From positions 11,687,391-11,746,194 of the forward strand of contig NC_090410.1 of assembly GCF_036365525.1 (NCBI RefSeq): a DNA stretch of 58,804 nucleotides, written 5' to 3'. Under the pieces are notes generated by a model. It was not told the origin of the DNA and searched no databases. It saw only the letters and a program-made list of their open reading frames with translations. Shown in pieces: positions 10,855 to 22,089 of this stretch; position 1 is the stretch's first letter; the number at the start of each line of letters is the position of its first letter. The stretch comes from Heterodontus francisci. Lineage: Eukaryota. Position numbers and translations under genes: made by a program.

Positions 10855-12257
10855 TGTGTTTATCTAGCTTTCCCTTCAATACATTTATGCTATTCACCTC
10901 AACTACTCCCTGTGGTACCGAATTCCACATCCTCGCTACACTCTGGGTAAAGATGTTTCTCCTGCATTCCCTATTTACTTGTTCCTATATTTATGGCCCC
11001 TAGTTTTGGTGTCCCCAACAAGTGAAAACATTCTCTACATGGTCCCTATCAAACCCTTTCATAATCTTAGATCCTCTATCAGATTACCCCTCAGCCTTCT
11101 CTTTCCCAGAAAAAAGCCTGTTCAATTGTCCTGATAGGTATAACCTTTCAGTTCTGGCATCAGCCTCATACCTTCTTCAGTGCCTCTACCTAGTTTATAA
11201 TACGGAGACCACACTATGCACAGTACTTTTTATATGTGGTCTGGCCAAATTTCCAAACAACTGCGAGGGGCAAAGTTTAGAGGGGATGTGCGAGGCAAGT
11301 TCTTTACACAGCGGGTGGCGAGTGCCTGGAACTTGCTGCCGGGGGAGGTGGTGGAAGCAGGTACGATAGAGACTTTTAAGAGGCATCTTGACAAATACAT
11401 GAATAGGATGGGAATAGAGGGATATGGTCCTCAGAAGGGCAGAAGGTTTTAGTTTAGACAGGCATCAAGATCGGCGCAGGCTTTGAGGGCCGAATGGCCT
11501 GCTCCTGTGCTGTACTGTTCTTTGTTTAACATAACTTCTCTGCTTTTCAATTCTAGCCCTCTAGAATGAACCCATGCTTTGTTTGCTTTTTAATGGCTTT
11601 ATTAACCTGCATAACTACTTTAAATGATTCATGCATCTACATCCCCAGATCCTATTGCTCCTCTACACCATTAAGACTTATTTTCCAAGTTGTTACTCAT
11701 TCTACCAAGGTGCACATTTAACTATATTGAAATTCATTTGCCATTTACTCGCCCATTCTGCAATTCTGTGAGTGGCTTCTTGTATTCTGTTGCAGTCATC
11801 CTCTGTATTAACTACATCCCCCAATTTAGTGTCATCCACAAATTTTGATAGTGTACTCCATATTCCGGAGTCCAAATCATTTATGTAACTGGTGAAAAAC
11901 AGTGGTCCGAGCACCTCTCCCTATGGAATACCACTTCCCACATACAACCTCTACGCTCTGTCTTGCATTCTGCTGCTTGTACCTGACTCCACATGTTCTA
12001 TTTACTTGTGAACTGATGACAGAGAGTTAGAGTAACTGTACCACCAACTTGTATGAGCATTCACTGTGAAATTCCCCATTTAACAACTTAAGTAAAACCT
12101 TCATATAATAGATCCCAAAGCTAGAAAGTTCATAGTTCATTGTTGATAATCCTTGAGAGTTAACCCAATTTTTTAGCAGAATGGCATTACATCAGGTTGT
12201 GCCCTATATCCCTTTGGCATAAACAAAGACTATAAATTCTTCTTTAAAGATCATAAT

Positions 12258-12640
12258 CTTCTATTTCATTCACAGGATGTGGGCATCACTGGCAAGTCCA
12301 GAATTTGTCGCTCATCTCTAATTGCCCTTGACAACTGAGTGTCTTGCTCGGCCATTTCAGGGGGCAGTTAAGAGTCAACCACATTGCTGTGGGTCTGGAG
12401 TCACATGTAGGCCAGACCAGGTATAGATGGCAGATTTCCTTCCCTAAAGGACATGAGTGAACCAGATGGCGTTTTATGACAATCCGGTAGTTTCATGGTC
12501 ATCATTACTGATACTAGCTTTTTATTAATTATTGAACTTAAATTTCCCCAGTGGCTGCGGTGCAATTTGACCTCATGTCGCCCGATCGTTAGTCCAGGCC
12601 TCTGGAATACTAGTCCAGTAACATAACCACTATGCCACCA
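12258..12640 (-). mobile_element. tRNA-derived SINE (same family as 879-1215)
   Basis: Antisense head GTGGCATAGTGGTTATGTTACTGGACTAG and shared body. Confidence 0.7.
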
Positions 12641-12659
12641 TAATATCATACGTGTAATT

Positions 12660-12673
12660 TTTATTAATTTATT
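12660..12673 (-). terminator. Candidate SDHAF1 polyadenylation signals (two AATAAA)
   Basis: TTTATT at 12660-65 and 12668-73, about 125 nt past the stop codon. Confidence 0.5.
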
Positions 12674-12795
12674 AGTGTGACCACTACAACCTTGTTCATT
12701 GGCTTCAATATATATCCTGTGGCTTAATTCTTATCCAATTTACAGTTTTTGCACAATAATACGGACATGTTTCATAATCAGGATATTAACAGTCT

Positions 12796-13098
12796 TCAGT
12801 CCAGCTCTTTAAACTGTCGTGGCGAGTCTTTCATCTTTTGTAGCCCAAGGTTCTTTGATGGATTGAATCTAATGAAAGCTGCCAGTTGTTTGGTGTTTGA
12901 ATCCCTTAATAGGTCTAACTGTCTCTGCCCTCTTCGTAACAGGTACTCAATGTGCATCACGTCAGTTTTGGATATTTGGGAGTTCTTGCGAAATTCATCA
13001 TGAATCAGAGGCAAAAATCCAGGTTTCTCTTTGGCAGCCCGGAGAAATTGTTTGTAAAGGTTTAAGACCTGTTTCTGTAGTTTGCTGTATCTAACCAT
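12796..13098 (-). CDS. SDHAF1: Succinate dehydrogenase assembly factor 1 (LYR-motif protein), 100 aa
   Basis: SKLQKQVLNLYKQFLRAA...EFRKN...DVMHIEYLLRRGQRQL matches SDHAF1/LYRM8; splice acceptor TTTTTGAACAG just upstream (13125-26). Confidence 0.93.
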   Translation of the reverse strand: MVRYSKLQKQVLNLYKQFLRAAKEKPGFLPLIHDEFRKNSQISKTDVMHIEYLLRRGQRQLDLLRDSNTKQLAAFIRFNPSKNLGLQKMKDSPRQFKELD

Positions 13099-13379
13099 TG
13101 TGTCATATCAGGATCTACCTGGATCTGTTCAAAAACAATAAAAATGATGTTATGGCACTTTCTGCATTTTATTCCCAACTAAAATGTTCACATTGACAAA
13201 ACTTACGCTTGCAATAGTTTTTAAAAATTACTTCTATTCTTGTTCATTTTCAAGTTGGGTTCCAAGAGATCGTATCAATCCACTAATAAGAGGACATTGT
13301 TTAAAATTAAACTAATGTGCCCAATGAGAGTGCACAGATGGAACTAAATGAACAAGTTCAATTGACAGCGCATTCAAGT

Positions 13380-14050
13380 CATTGGCAGGACAGGTTGAGA
13401 GAGCAGTTAACAAAGCATACAGTATCCTGGGCTTTATTAATAGGAGCATAGAGTACAAGAGCAAGGAAGTCATGTTGAACTTATATAAGACACTAGTTCG
13501 GCTGCAGTTGGAGTATTGCGCCCAGTTCTGGGCGTCGCACTTTAGGAAAGATGTGAGAGCATTGGAGAAAGTGCAGAAAAGATTCACGAGAATGGCTCCA
13601 GGGATGAAGAACTTCAGTTATGAAGATAGATTGGCGAAGTTAGGACTGTTTTCCTTGGAGAAGAGAAGGTTGAGAGGTGATTTGATAGAGGTTTTCAAAA
13701 TCATGAGGGGTCTGGACAGAATAGATAGAGAGAAACTGTTCCCACTCGTGAAAGGATCGAGAATGAGAGGGCACAGATTTAAAGTAATGGGTAAGAGAAG
13801 CAAAAGTGACATGAGGAAAACCTTTTACAGGCAGCGAGTGGTTAAGGTCTGGAATGCGCTGCCTGAGAGTGCGGTGGAGGCAGGTTCAATTGAAGCATTC
13901 AAACGGGAATCAGACTGTTATATGAAAAGGAAGAATGTGCAAGGTTACGGGGAGAAGGCGCGAGAATGGCACTGAGTGAATTGTTCATTCAGAGAGCCGG
14001 TGCAGACACGATAGGCTGAATGGCCTCCTTCTGCGCTGTAACAATTCTGT
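13380..14050 (+). mobile_element. CR1 LINE 3' fragment
   Basis: ORF with LYKTLVR.QLEYCAQFW...RRLRGDLIEVFKI, followed by the CR1 3' UTR. Confidence 0.9.
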
Positions 14051-14122
14051 GCACTGACAGTTCAAAATAGTGATTTCTTTAAAAAATAAAGAACTGGATT
14101 TGTATAGTGTCTTTCACAACCT

Positions 14123-14472
14123 GGCGGCACAGTGGCGCAGTGGTTAGCACCGCAGCCTCATAGCTCCAGTGACCCGGGTTCAATTCTGGGTACTGCCTGT
14201 GTGGAGTTTGCAAGTTCTCCCTGTGTCTGCGTGGGTTTTCTCCGGGTGCTCCGGTTTCCTCCCACATGCCAAAGACTTGCAGGTTGATAGGTAAATTGGC
14301 CATTATAAATTGCCCCTAGTATAGGTAGGTGGTAGGGAAATATATAGGGACAGGTGCGGATGTGGTAGCAATATGGGATTAGTGTAGGATTAGTATGAAT
14401 GGGTGATGGTCGGCACAGACTCGGTGGGCCGAAGGGCCTGTTTCAGTGCTGTATCTCTAAACTAAACTAAAC
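14123..14472 (+). mobile_element. HE1-like V-SINE, full length
   Basis: tRNA-like A/B boxes, V-domain TGTGTGGAGTTTGCAAGTTCTCCC, CR1-like tail ending in CTAAA repeats. Confidence 0.9.
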
Positions 14473-14569
14473 ATCTCCCAAGGCGAGGCATGTTGCTGGA
14501 GAACAAAAACACTGGAAAGTAAGGTCAGCTCAACAACAAATTACCCTGGCTTGAGGGATTGTTTCCATG

Positions 14570-14680
14570 AGAGATGGGATGGGGATGGCATCAGAGCAAT
14601 GAAATGGGATGGGATGGGGATGGCAAAAGGGAGATGACATGGGAATGATGGAATGACATGGGAGGGAGATGATGGAATTT
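14570..14680 (+). repeat. Degenerate GGGAT/GGAAT purine-rich simple repeat
   Basis: GATGGGATGGGGATGGC...GGGATGGGATGGGGATGG. Confidence 0.6.
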
Positions 14681-14689
14681 GTTAAGCGT

Positions 14690-15380
14690 GGCAAAATGGC
14701 TTGGACAATTATTTAATACAACTTATTATTCGAAAGCTACTTTTTGTGCTAAAAATGAAGATTCACTAGATTTGAATGAAAAAGTTTTAGAAAAGCTGTC
14801 CGGTGAATTAAAAGAATAATCAGCGTTGATTCTGCAGACAAAAGAAGATGATAACAGTCTATAACCTTCAGAGTTTTTACACAGTCTAACTCCAGCGGGC
14901 ATGCCACCGCACAAACGTAGACTCAAGGACAGAACAGTTATAATGTTGCTACGAAACTTGAATCCTACACAAGGACTTTGTCATGGAACAAGATTGGTCA
15001 TTGGGAAGCTGTTTTCTTTGATGACACATGCTGGAATTAAACGGGCAGATTGCAAGGAAATAGAGTGTTTATTCCTCGTATAATATTGAGCCCATCAGAC
15101 GTAAATCTACCTTTTCAACTCAGCAGAAAACAGTTGCCAATTAGACTTCCACATTCTATGACTATAAACAAATCACAAGGCCAGACTTAACAAACTTTGC
15201 AGTTATATTCCTAGGCCTGTTTTTACACATGGACAGCTTTATGTAGCTTTTTCCAGAGTGAGAAGTTTTGATTCTGTTAAAGGCTTTGGTGAAAGAATAA
15301 CTAGATATCCTGTAGTTAAAAAAGCACTGTTGCAATAAAGATACTAACTTGAGTGTCAATGTTTTGCGGGTCTCTGCTAG
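14690..15380 (+). mobile_element. Helitron remnant (PIF1-type helicase C-terminus and 3' end)
   Basis: Broken frames give [43 protein letters not shown] and VFTHGQLYVAFSRV; ends GCGGGTCTCTGCTAG followed by T. Confidence 0.88.
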
Positions 15381-15394
15381 TCAATGGTGGGATA

Positions 15395-15850
15395 CCGAGA
15401 AGCATACAGGAGCAGAGGGGCCTTGGAGTGCGTGCCGAAAGCTCACTGAGGGGAACAGGACAGGGAGATAAGTTGGTTAAGAAGGCATACATGAAACTTT
15501 CCTTCATTATCTGAGGCATAAAATATAAGAGTAGGGAGGTTATGCTAGAACTGTATAAAACACTAGTTACACTACAGCTAGAGTACTGCGTACAGTTCTG
15601 GTCACCACATTACTGGTAGGATGTGATCGTACTAGAGAATGTACAGAGGAGGTTTACGAGGATGTTGCCAGGAATGGAGAATTTTAGCTATGAGGAAAGA
15701 TTGGATAGGCTGTGGTTGCAATCTTTGCAACAGAGGTGGCTGAGGGAAGATTTTACACAGGGTTACAGACCAAGAGATGGAAATTGGGATTAGGCTGGAA
15801 TGCTCTTTTTTTTGGCTGAATTGCCTCCTCCTGTGTTGTAAATATTATAT
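15395..15850 (+). mobile_element. CR1 LINE fragment
   Basis: CTGTATAAAACACTAGTTA...GAGTACTGCGTACAGTTCTGGTCACC. Confidence 0.75.
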
Positions 15851-16230
15851 GTTTCCACCTGAGGTTGCAGACAGGACCTCAGTTTAACATCTCAGCTGAG
15901 TTTGGCACACCCACAATACTGTACAGAAGTGTCAGCCTAGAATTTTTCTTTAGGCCTCTAGAGATTGACTTGAACCTACAATCTTCTGACTCAGAGTGCA
16001 ACCCACTAGCCACGGCTGATTACTGAAGACAGACAAAGGGAACAGATAGAAAAGTAGGGTCAAGTCCAAATTCAGGGTGGAGAGCATGCTTGTTACTTTT
16101 GAAACTGCAATAAAAAAGTATGAATGCTTTCACAGAAGATACACAAGTGTAACATGGTTTCATAGTTGGACTATGCAAAACCCTTTCCATTAACTTGATG
16201 TGTTCTTTATCCAATGAGTTTCTCTTTGAT

Positions 16231-16388
16231 ATAACAACAGAAAATTCTGGAAACACTCAGCAGGCCTGGCAGCACATGTGGAGAAAGTTAACATTTCTGA
16301 ACTGAAACTTTAACTCTGTTTCTCTCTCCACAGATGATGCTGCCAGGCCTGCTGAGTATTTCCAGCAGCCGCAGTATTTTGCTTTTGT
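16231..16388. mobile_element. Fold-back Penelope-like element, family A (decayed)
   Basis: GGAAACACTCAGCAGGCCTGGCAGCA ... TGCTGCCAGGCCTGCTGAGTATTTCC inverted arms. Confidence 0.75.
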
Positions 16389-16439
16389 ATAAATGTTTCC
16401 CTCAGCGCATTGATCACATCCAACTTTTGTTTCCCAATT

Positions 16440-16880
16440 TTGAGACGGCGCAAAACCGTCGTAACTTCAGCAGTCCACTCCCTCTGTTACCCATTTACAC
16501 AGGGTTGGGCCTTTCTCCCACTGCACTCGTTGCCCTTCATGTCGGATTAGCGTCCCAGTTCCCATTTTTTACAGCCGGCAATTTAATCCCAAAACCACCA
16601 AAATCGCACCCCCTCCCCCCCCATTTACACAATAGAGGTTTACCCGCAAAATCCCGCTACTCCTACCGCAGCGCCACCACTCCACAACACCGACCCCGGT
16701 CCGCCCAGCGCAGTGCCACCACGACCCTGGTCCTCCCACCACAGCGCCACCAGGACCCCGGTCCTCCCACCACAGCGCCACCAGGACCCCGGTCCTCCCA
16801 GCACAGCGCTACCTGCCGTCGCTGGACCTCCTCCCAGCTGATCGCTACCTGTCTGCAGTGCTGCTTCTTGCAGTTCCCCT
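16440..16880 (-). promoter_or_regulatory. GC/CpG-rich segment; candidate SDHAF1 promoter and non-coding first exon
   Basis: Nearest CpG-rich region upstream of the SDHAF1 acceptor; CAG/GTAGCG donor-like sites at 16812 and 16848. Confidence 0.45.
16692..16812. repeat. 31-bp GC-rich minisatellite, about 4 copies
   Basis: ACAGCGCCACCAGGACCCCGGTCCTCCCACC-type units at 16710, 16741, 16772 and 16803 (partial). Confidence 0.9.
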
Positions 16881-16934
16881 TGATCTGGCAAACTTCTGTG
16901 CTAGAGATTATTGATAAAATAAAATCATAGCCCA

Positions 16935-18330
16935 TGGAATTGGGGATAATTGTTGGTGACTTTGTGACACTGGCAAAAGCGGACAGGAAACGACTTGAGT
17001 GTAAATCAGTGTCAAAGCAGTGGGAAGGAGCTAAAGAGGGTTTAGAGGGAATAAGGTCCCACAAAGAGAGTGGGACTCACAAATCTGAACCCTCCCAGGT
17101 ATCAATACAGAGATGGATGACAAAAAGAAATCTTGTTAGACACCGCAAGCTCAATACCACAGCAATCATAAAGCATAAAAAGTGCAGGGATGAAATTAAG
17201 AAAATTAGCAAAGCAGAGAAGACAAGTTAAAACCAAGGAAAATCCAAAGATGTTTTATAAATTAATGAAAAGCAAGAGGATAAACTAAGGAAAAAATGGG
17301 CCCAATTAGAGACCTAAAAGATAACTTGTGTAGAGGCGGAAGACGGGGGCATGGTTCTTTGCGTTGGTTTTCACAAGAGGGATGAAGCAGGCATTGTAGT
17401 TGAGGAGTGTGAAATGTTGGATGGGGCAAATGTAGTGAGGGAGAAAATAGCAAGGTTTTGAGCATCCTTGAAAGTGGATAAATCACCAGGCCCAGATGAA
17501 ATATATCCGCAACTTCAAAGGGAAGCAAGGGAAGAAATAGTCGATGCTCTGACCACCATTTTCTAATTTTCTCTGGCTACACGTGTGGTGCCAGAGGACT
17601 GCTAATGTTGTACTATTTAAAAAAGGAGGGATTAGCCCAAGTAATTGCAGGCCAGTAAGCCTAACTTCTGTGGTGGGCAAATTATTGGAAAAAATTCAGA
17701 GACACATGTAAATCATCATTTAAGAGAGGCACAGCTTAATCAAGGATAGTCAGCAGGGATTTAGTGGAAGGTTGCATCCCATTAACTTGATTGATTTTTT
17801 TCTGAGAATGAAGGTAGTGCATTTGATGTAGTCTGTGGAGTTTAGCAAGGCTTTGAAACAGGTCCCACACAGCAGACTGGTCAGAAAATTCAAAGTTAAT
17901 AGGATCCAAGAGGAAGTGGCAAGTTGGCTCAGTAGCAGGAAGCAAAGGGTTATATGGTCAATGGATGTTTTTGTGATTGGAAGGTTGTTTCCAGTTGGGT
18001 TCCACAGGCCTCAGTACTGGGTCCCTTGCTGTTCGTGGAGTATATCAATGATTTAAACTTTAAATGTAGGGGGCATGAGTAAGAAGTTTGCAGACGACAC
18101 AAAATTTTGCCACGTAGTTGATAGCGAAGAACAAGGTTGTAGACTATGGCAAAAATTCAATAGCCTGGGCAGAAAAGTGGCAAATGGAATTAAATCCAGA
18201 GCAGTGTGAGAAAATGCATTTGGGGAATACAGAAATAAAGAAGCCTTACTACAATTGTACAGGGTACACATCTGGAGTACTGTGTGCAGTATTGGTCTCC
18301 ACATTTAAGGATATACTTGCATGGGAGACA
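16935..18330 (+). mobile_element. Decayed CR1 ORF2 fragments
   Basis: Remnants of EFSKA...VPHSRL and KFADDTK motifs with many stops. Confidence 0.75.
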
Positions 18331-18332
18331 GT

Positions 18333-19675
18333 TAGAATTAGAATATTACAGCGCAGTACAGGCCCTTCGGCCCTCGATGTTGCGCCGATCATCTGACCTA
18401 CACTATTCCATTTACATCCATATGTCTATCCAATGGCCACTTAAATGCCCTTAAAGTTGGCGAGTCTACTACTGTTGCAGGCAGGGCGTTCCACGCCCCT
18501 ACTACTCTCTGCGTAAAGAAACTACCTTTGACATCTGTCCTATATCTTTCACCCCTCAACTTAAAGCTATGTCCCCTCGTGTTTGCCATCCTCATCCGAG
18601 GAAAAAGACTCTCACTATCCACCCTATCTAACCCTCTGATTATCTTGTATGTCTCTATTAAGTCACCTCTCCTCCTCCTTCTCTCTAACGAAAACAACCC
18701 CAAGTCCCTCAGCCTTTCCTTGTAAGACCTTCCTTCCATACCAGGCAACATCCTAGTAAATCTCCTCTGCACCCTTTCCAAAGCTTCGACATCCTTCCTA
18801 TAATGCGGTGACCAGAACTGCACGCAATACTCCAGGTGCGGCCTCACCAGAGTTTTGTACAGCTGCATCATGACCCCGTGGCTCTGAAACTCGATCCCCC
18901 TACTAATAAAGGCTAACACACCATATGCCTTCTTAACAGCCCTATTAACCTGGGTAGCAACTTTCAGGGATTTATGTACCTGGATACCAAGATCTCTCTG
19001 CTCATCTACACTACCAAGAATCTTCCCATTAGCCCAGTACTCTGCATTGCTGTTACTCCTTCCAAAGTGAATCACCTCACACTTCTCCGCATTAAACTCC
19101 ATTTGCCATCTCTCAGCCCAGCTCTGCAGCCTATCTATGTCCCTCTGTACCCTACAACACCCTTCGACACTATCCACAACTCCACCGACCTTCGTGTCAT
19201 CCGCAAATTTACTAACCCACCCTTCTACACCCTCATCCAGGTCGTTTATAAAAATGACAAACAGCAGTGGCCCCAAAACAGAACCTTGCGGTACACCACT
19301 AGTAACTAAACTCCAGGATGAACATTTGCCATCAACCACCACCCTCTGTCTTCTTTCAGCTAGCCAATTTCTGATCCAAAGCTCTAAATCACCTTCAACC
19401 CCATACTTGCGTATTTTCTGCAATAGCCTACCGTGGGGAACCTTATCAAACGCCTTACTGAAATCCATATACACCACATCCACGGCTTTACCCTCATCCA
19501 CCTGTTTGGTCACCTTCTCGAAAAACTCAATAAGGTTTGTGAGGCACGACCTACCTTTCCCAAAACCGTGCTGACTATCGCAAATGAACTTATTCTTTTC
19601 AAGATGATTACAAATCCTGTCTCTTATAACCTTTTCCAACATTTTACCCACAACCGAAGTAAGGCTCACAGGCTC
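18333..19675 (-). mobile_element. Young 5'-truncated CR1 (HER1-like) LINE with an open RT frame, nested in an older CR1
   Basis: About 425 uninterrupted codons (DFSKAFDKVPH, GVPQGSVLGP, KFADDTK); TTCTAA-type tail; short ACAGT duplication. Confidence 0.92.
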
Positions 19676-19679
19676 ACAG

Positions 19680-20985
19680 TATAGCAAAGGTTCACTAAAT
19701 TGGTCCCTGGGATGAAGGGGTTGTCCTATGCTGAGAGGCTGAGTAAACTGGAGTTTAGGAGAATGAGAGGCGATCTCATTGAAACATACAAGATTCCAAA
19801 GGGGCTGGATAGGGTAGACACAGAGATTGTTTCTGCTGCTCAGGGAATCTAAAACAAGGGGACATAATCTCAGGATAAGAGGCCGATTATTTAGGACTGA
19901 AATGAGGAGAAATAATTCACTCAAAAGGGTTGTGAATCTTTGGAATTCTCTACTTCAGAGGGTTGTGGATGCTCCATTGTTGAATACATCGAAGGCTGGG
20001 ATAGACCGGTCTTTGGTCTCTTGGGGAATTGAGGGATATGGTGAACAGGCAGGAACATGAAGTCGAAGCCGAAGATCAGCCATGATCATATTAAATGATG
20101 GAGCAGTTTCGATGAGCCCTATGGTCTACTCCTGCTCCTATTTCTTGTGCTCTTGGGAGGACAAACAAGGCAAAGGAATGCACAATAAATGGTAGGATAT
20201 ATATAAGTTAGACCACAGCTAGAATACTGCACACAGTTCTGGACACCACATTACAGGATCAGAAAGGGTACAGAGCAGATTTACAAGGATGTTGACTAAG
20301 AATGGAGAATTTTAGCTGTGACAAAAGATTATAGAGGCTGGAGTTGTTTTCTTTGGAACAGAAGAGGCTGAGGGGAGATTTAACTGAGGCGTATACAATT
20401 AGGAGGCCTGGATAGAGTGGATAGGAAGGATCGGTTTCTCTTAGCAGAAGAGTCAATAACTAGGGGGCATAGGTATAAAGTAATTGGTTGAAGGATTAGA
20501 GGGGAGCTGAGGAGTAATGTTTTCAGCCAGAGGGTGATGGGGGTCTGGAACTCACTGCCTGAAAGGGTGGTAGAGACAGAAACCTTCATGGTATTTATAA
20601 AACACTTGACTGTGTACTTGAAATGCTGTAACCTATAGGACTATAGCTTGAAAGTGGGATTAGACGGAATAGCTCTTTTGGCCAGAGCAGAAATAACAGG
20701 CTGAATAGTCGCCTTCTGTGCTATAAATATTTTTATGTGTTAGTAATTGTTTGAGAGGCAGGAGAGAGTGTAGAGCTGTAGGAAGTGTAGTACTCAGATG
20801 ATAAGTGGTGTTGCTCAGGCCTCAGCTTTTCACTATATATTAATGATCTGGCTGAAGGAACAGTTGTATATACAAGTTTCCAGCTAACAGTTGGAAGCAC
20901 AGTAAGTTACAAAGGGATATAGACAGATTACATGAGTGGGCAAAACTGTTAGATAGCATTCAATGTGAGTAAATGTGACGTAATC
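19680..20985 (+). mobile_element. Stacked CR1 3' fragments
   Basis: Repeated RGDL...VWNSLP-type C-terminal segments and tails. Confidence 0.75.
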
Positions 20986-21145
20986 TAAAGCCTGGCTCGG
21001 GTATAAAATCAAAACCTGACCCGACCCAGAGTCTTTTAATTTTTTCTCATGCCCAACCCGAAAATATTATTGAAACATAAAAAAATCATAGACTAAAAAG
21101 AAAGCAATACAAAACAGTAGTCCAGCCTGACCCAGAATGCTGGGA
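20986..21145. mobile_element. Truncated hAT MITE, same family as 8568-8874
   Basis: Begins with TIR TAAAGCCTGGCTCGGG; ACCCG repeats; no second TIR seen. Confidence 0.65.
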
Positions 21146-21234
21146 CAACTGTAATTTTCAAAACAGGTGTTAAATTTTTGTTTTGTTGACATACCAAGGA
21201 ACATATATAAAAGGTCAATAGAGTTGATGTACAT

Positions 21235-22089
21235 TGTTACAACCAGGTGAGAAAGGTGTCTAGGGGTATTTTGCTTAGGGATCTTATTGTAACAGAGTTG
21301 AATTATTAACACACTGTGTTTTGAGCTCCTCCTTTGTGAATCCTTGTTCACAGCTTTCCAATTATAAGGCAAAGAAATAAGCATAACCAGGCTTCCTTAT
21401 GTTTAAAGAAAGTGAAATTTATTAAATCTTAAACTCTAATACTGTTCACGCCTACAGATGTACGACACGCCTATGCTAGCATGCACACGTGATATACACA
21501 TGCAAATAGGGACAGAAAAGAGGAGGAAAATATAGTAGAGAAGTTTGAGGCAATTTCAGAAGAGTTTCTTGTTTACTGTGATTTGAGCTCACTTGATTGT
21601 AGGTAGTCTTGCTTTTCTCGTTGGGGCCCAGTATTCTTAAACCTTGTTCATGTAGGAGACTTTTCTCTCTTTGAGGTTCACTTGTTTTCACAAGATTCAG
21701 TTCCCTAAGAGATGAGCAGGCAGGAGAAAGGTCTTCTCAAACCAGGAGCTTTCGGAGTTCAAATCCCTTGTTGGAAGTTCAAATCTCAACAGCCAGCTAG
21801 TCATGTGACTAAAACTGTTCTGACCACTTCTGTGTTTGTGGATTCTGCTATCTTGGCAGTCAACCTGGAATGCTAGCTCTCCCACCTTCAATGTCTGGTA
21901 ATCAAAAGTCCATTGTTCGTTAAATGGGTCAGGGCACAGTCCTTTGTCCCTTGTTCCAACTGCACTAGTTACTATGCAAATATCTTTCCAGTCAGGGGTT
22001 TGCAATCTTAAGTTTTAACGTTCATGTGATGAAATCACCTGTGCCTCAGTCTTGGCAGGTAGTTGGTGGGGGGGGGGGGTTGCCTGACA
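21235..22089 (-). mobile_element. Solo LTR (Gypsy-type)
   Basis: TGTTACA...CCTGACA termini; flanked by the 4-bp direct repeat ACAT. Confidence 0.88.

Larger units (their letters stand above)
10080..11960 (-). mobile_element. Old CR1 3' region, interrupted by two palindromic elements and a plus-strand CR1 fragment (11262-11525)
   Basis: Antisense LGPLFF..YINDLD...KFVDDTKLG (11702-11914); CR1 tail around 10085-10190. Confidence 0.7.

Noticed and set aside
14123-14200. tRNA genes at SINE heads
   Set aside because: The A/B boxes continue into SINE bodies present in multiple copies
16334-17064. Overlapping Pro/Thr- and Gly/Trp-rich ORFs
   Set aside because: Artefacts of the 31-bp minisatellite and flanking repeats
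18398-19924. 508-aa ORF as a full protein
   Set aside because: The first ~83 codons are antisense to another CR1 fragment; the rest is a truncated CR1 RT
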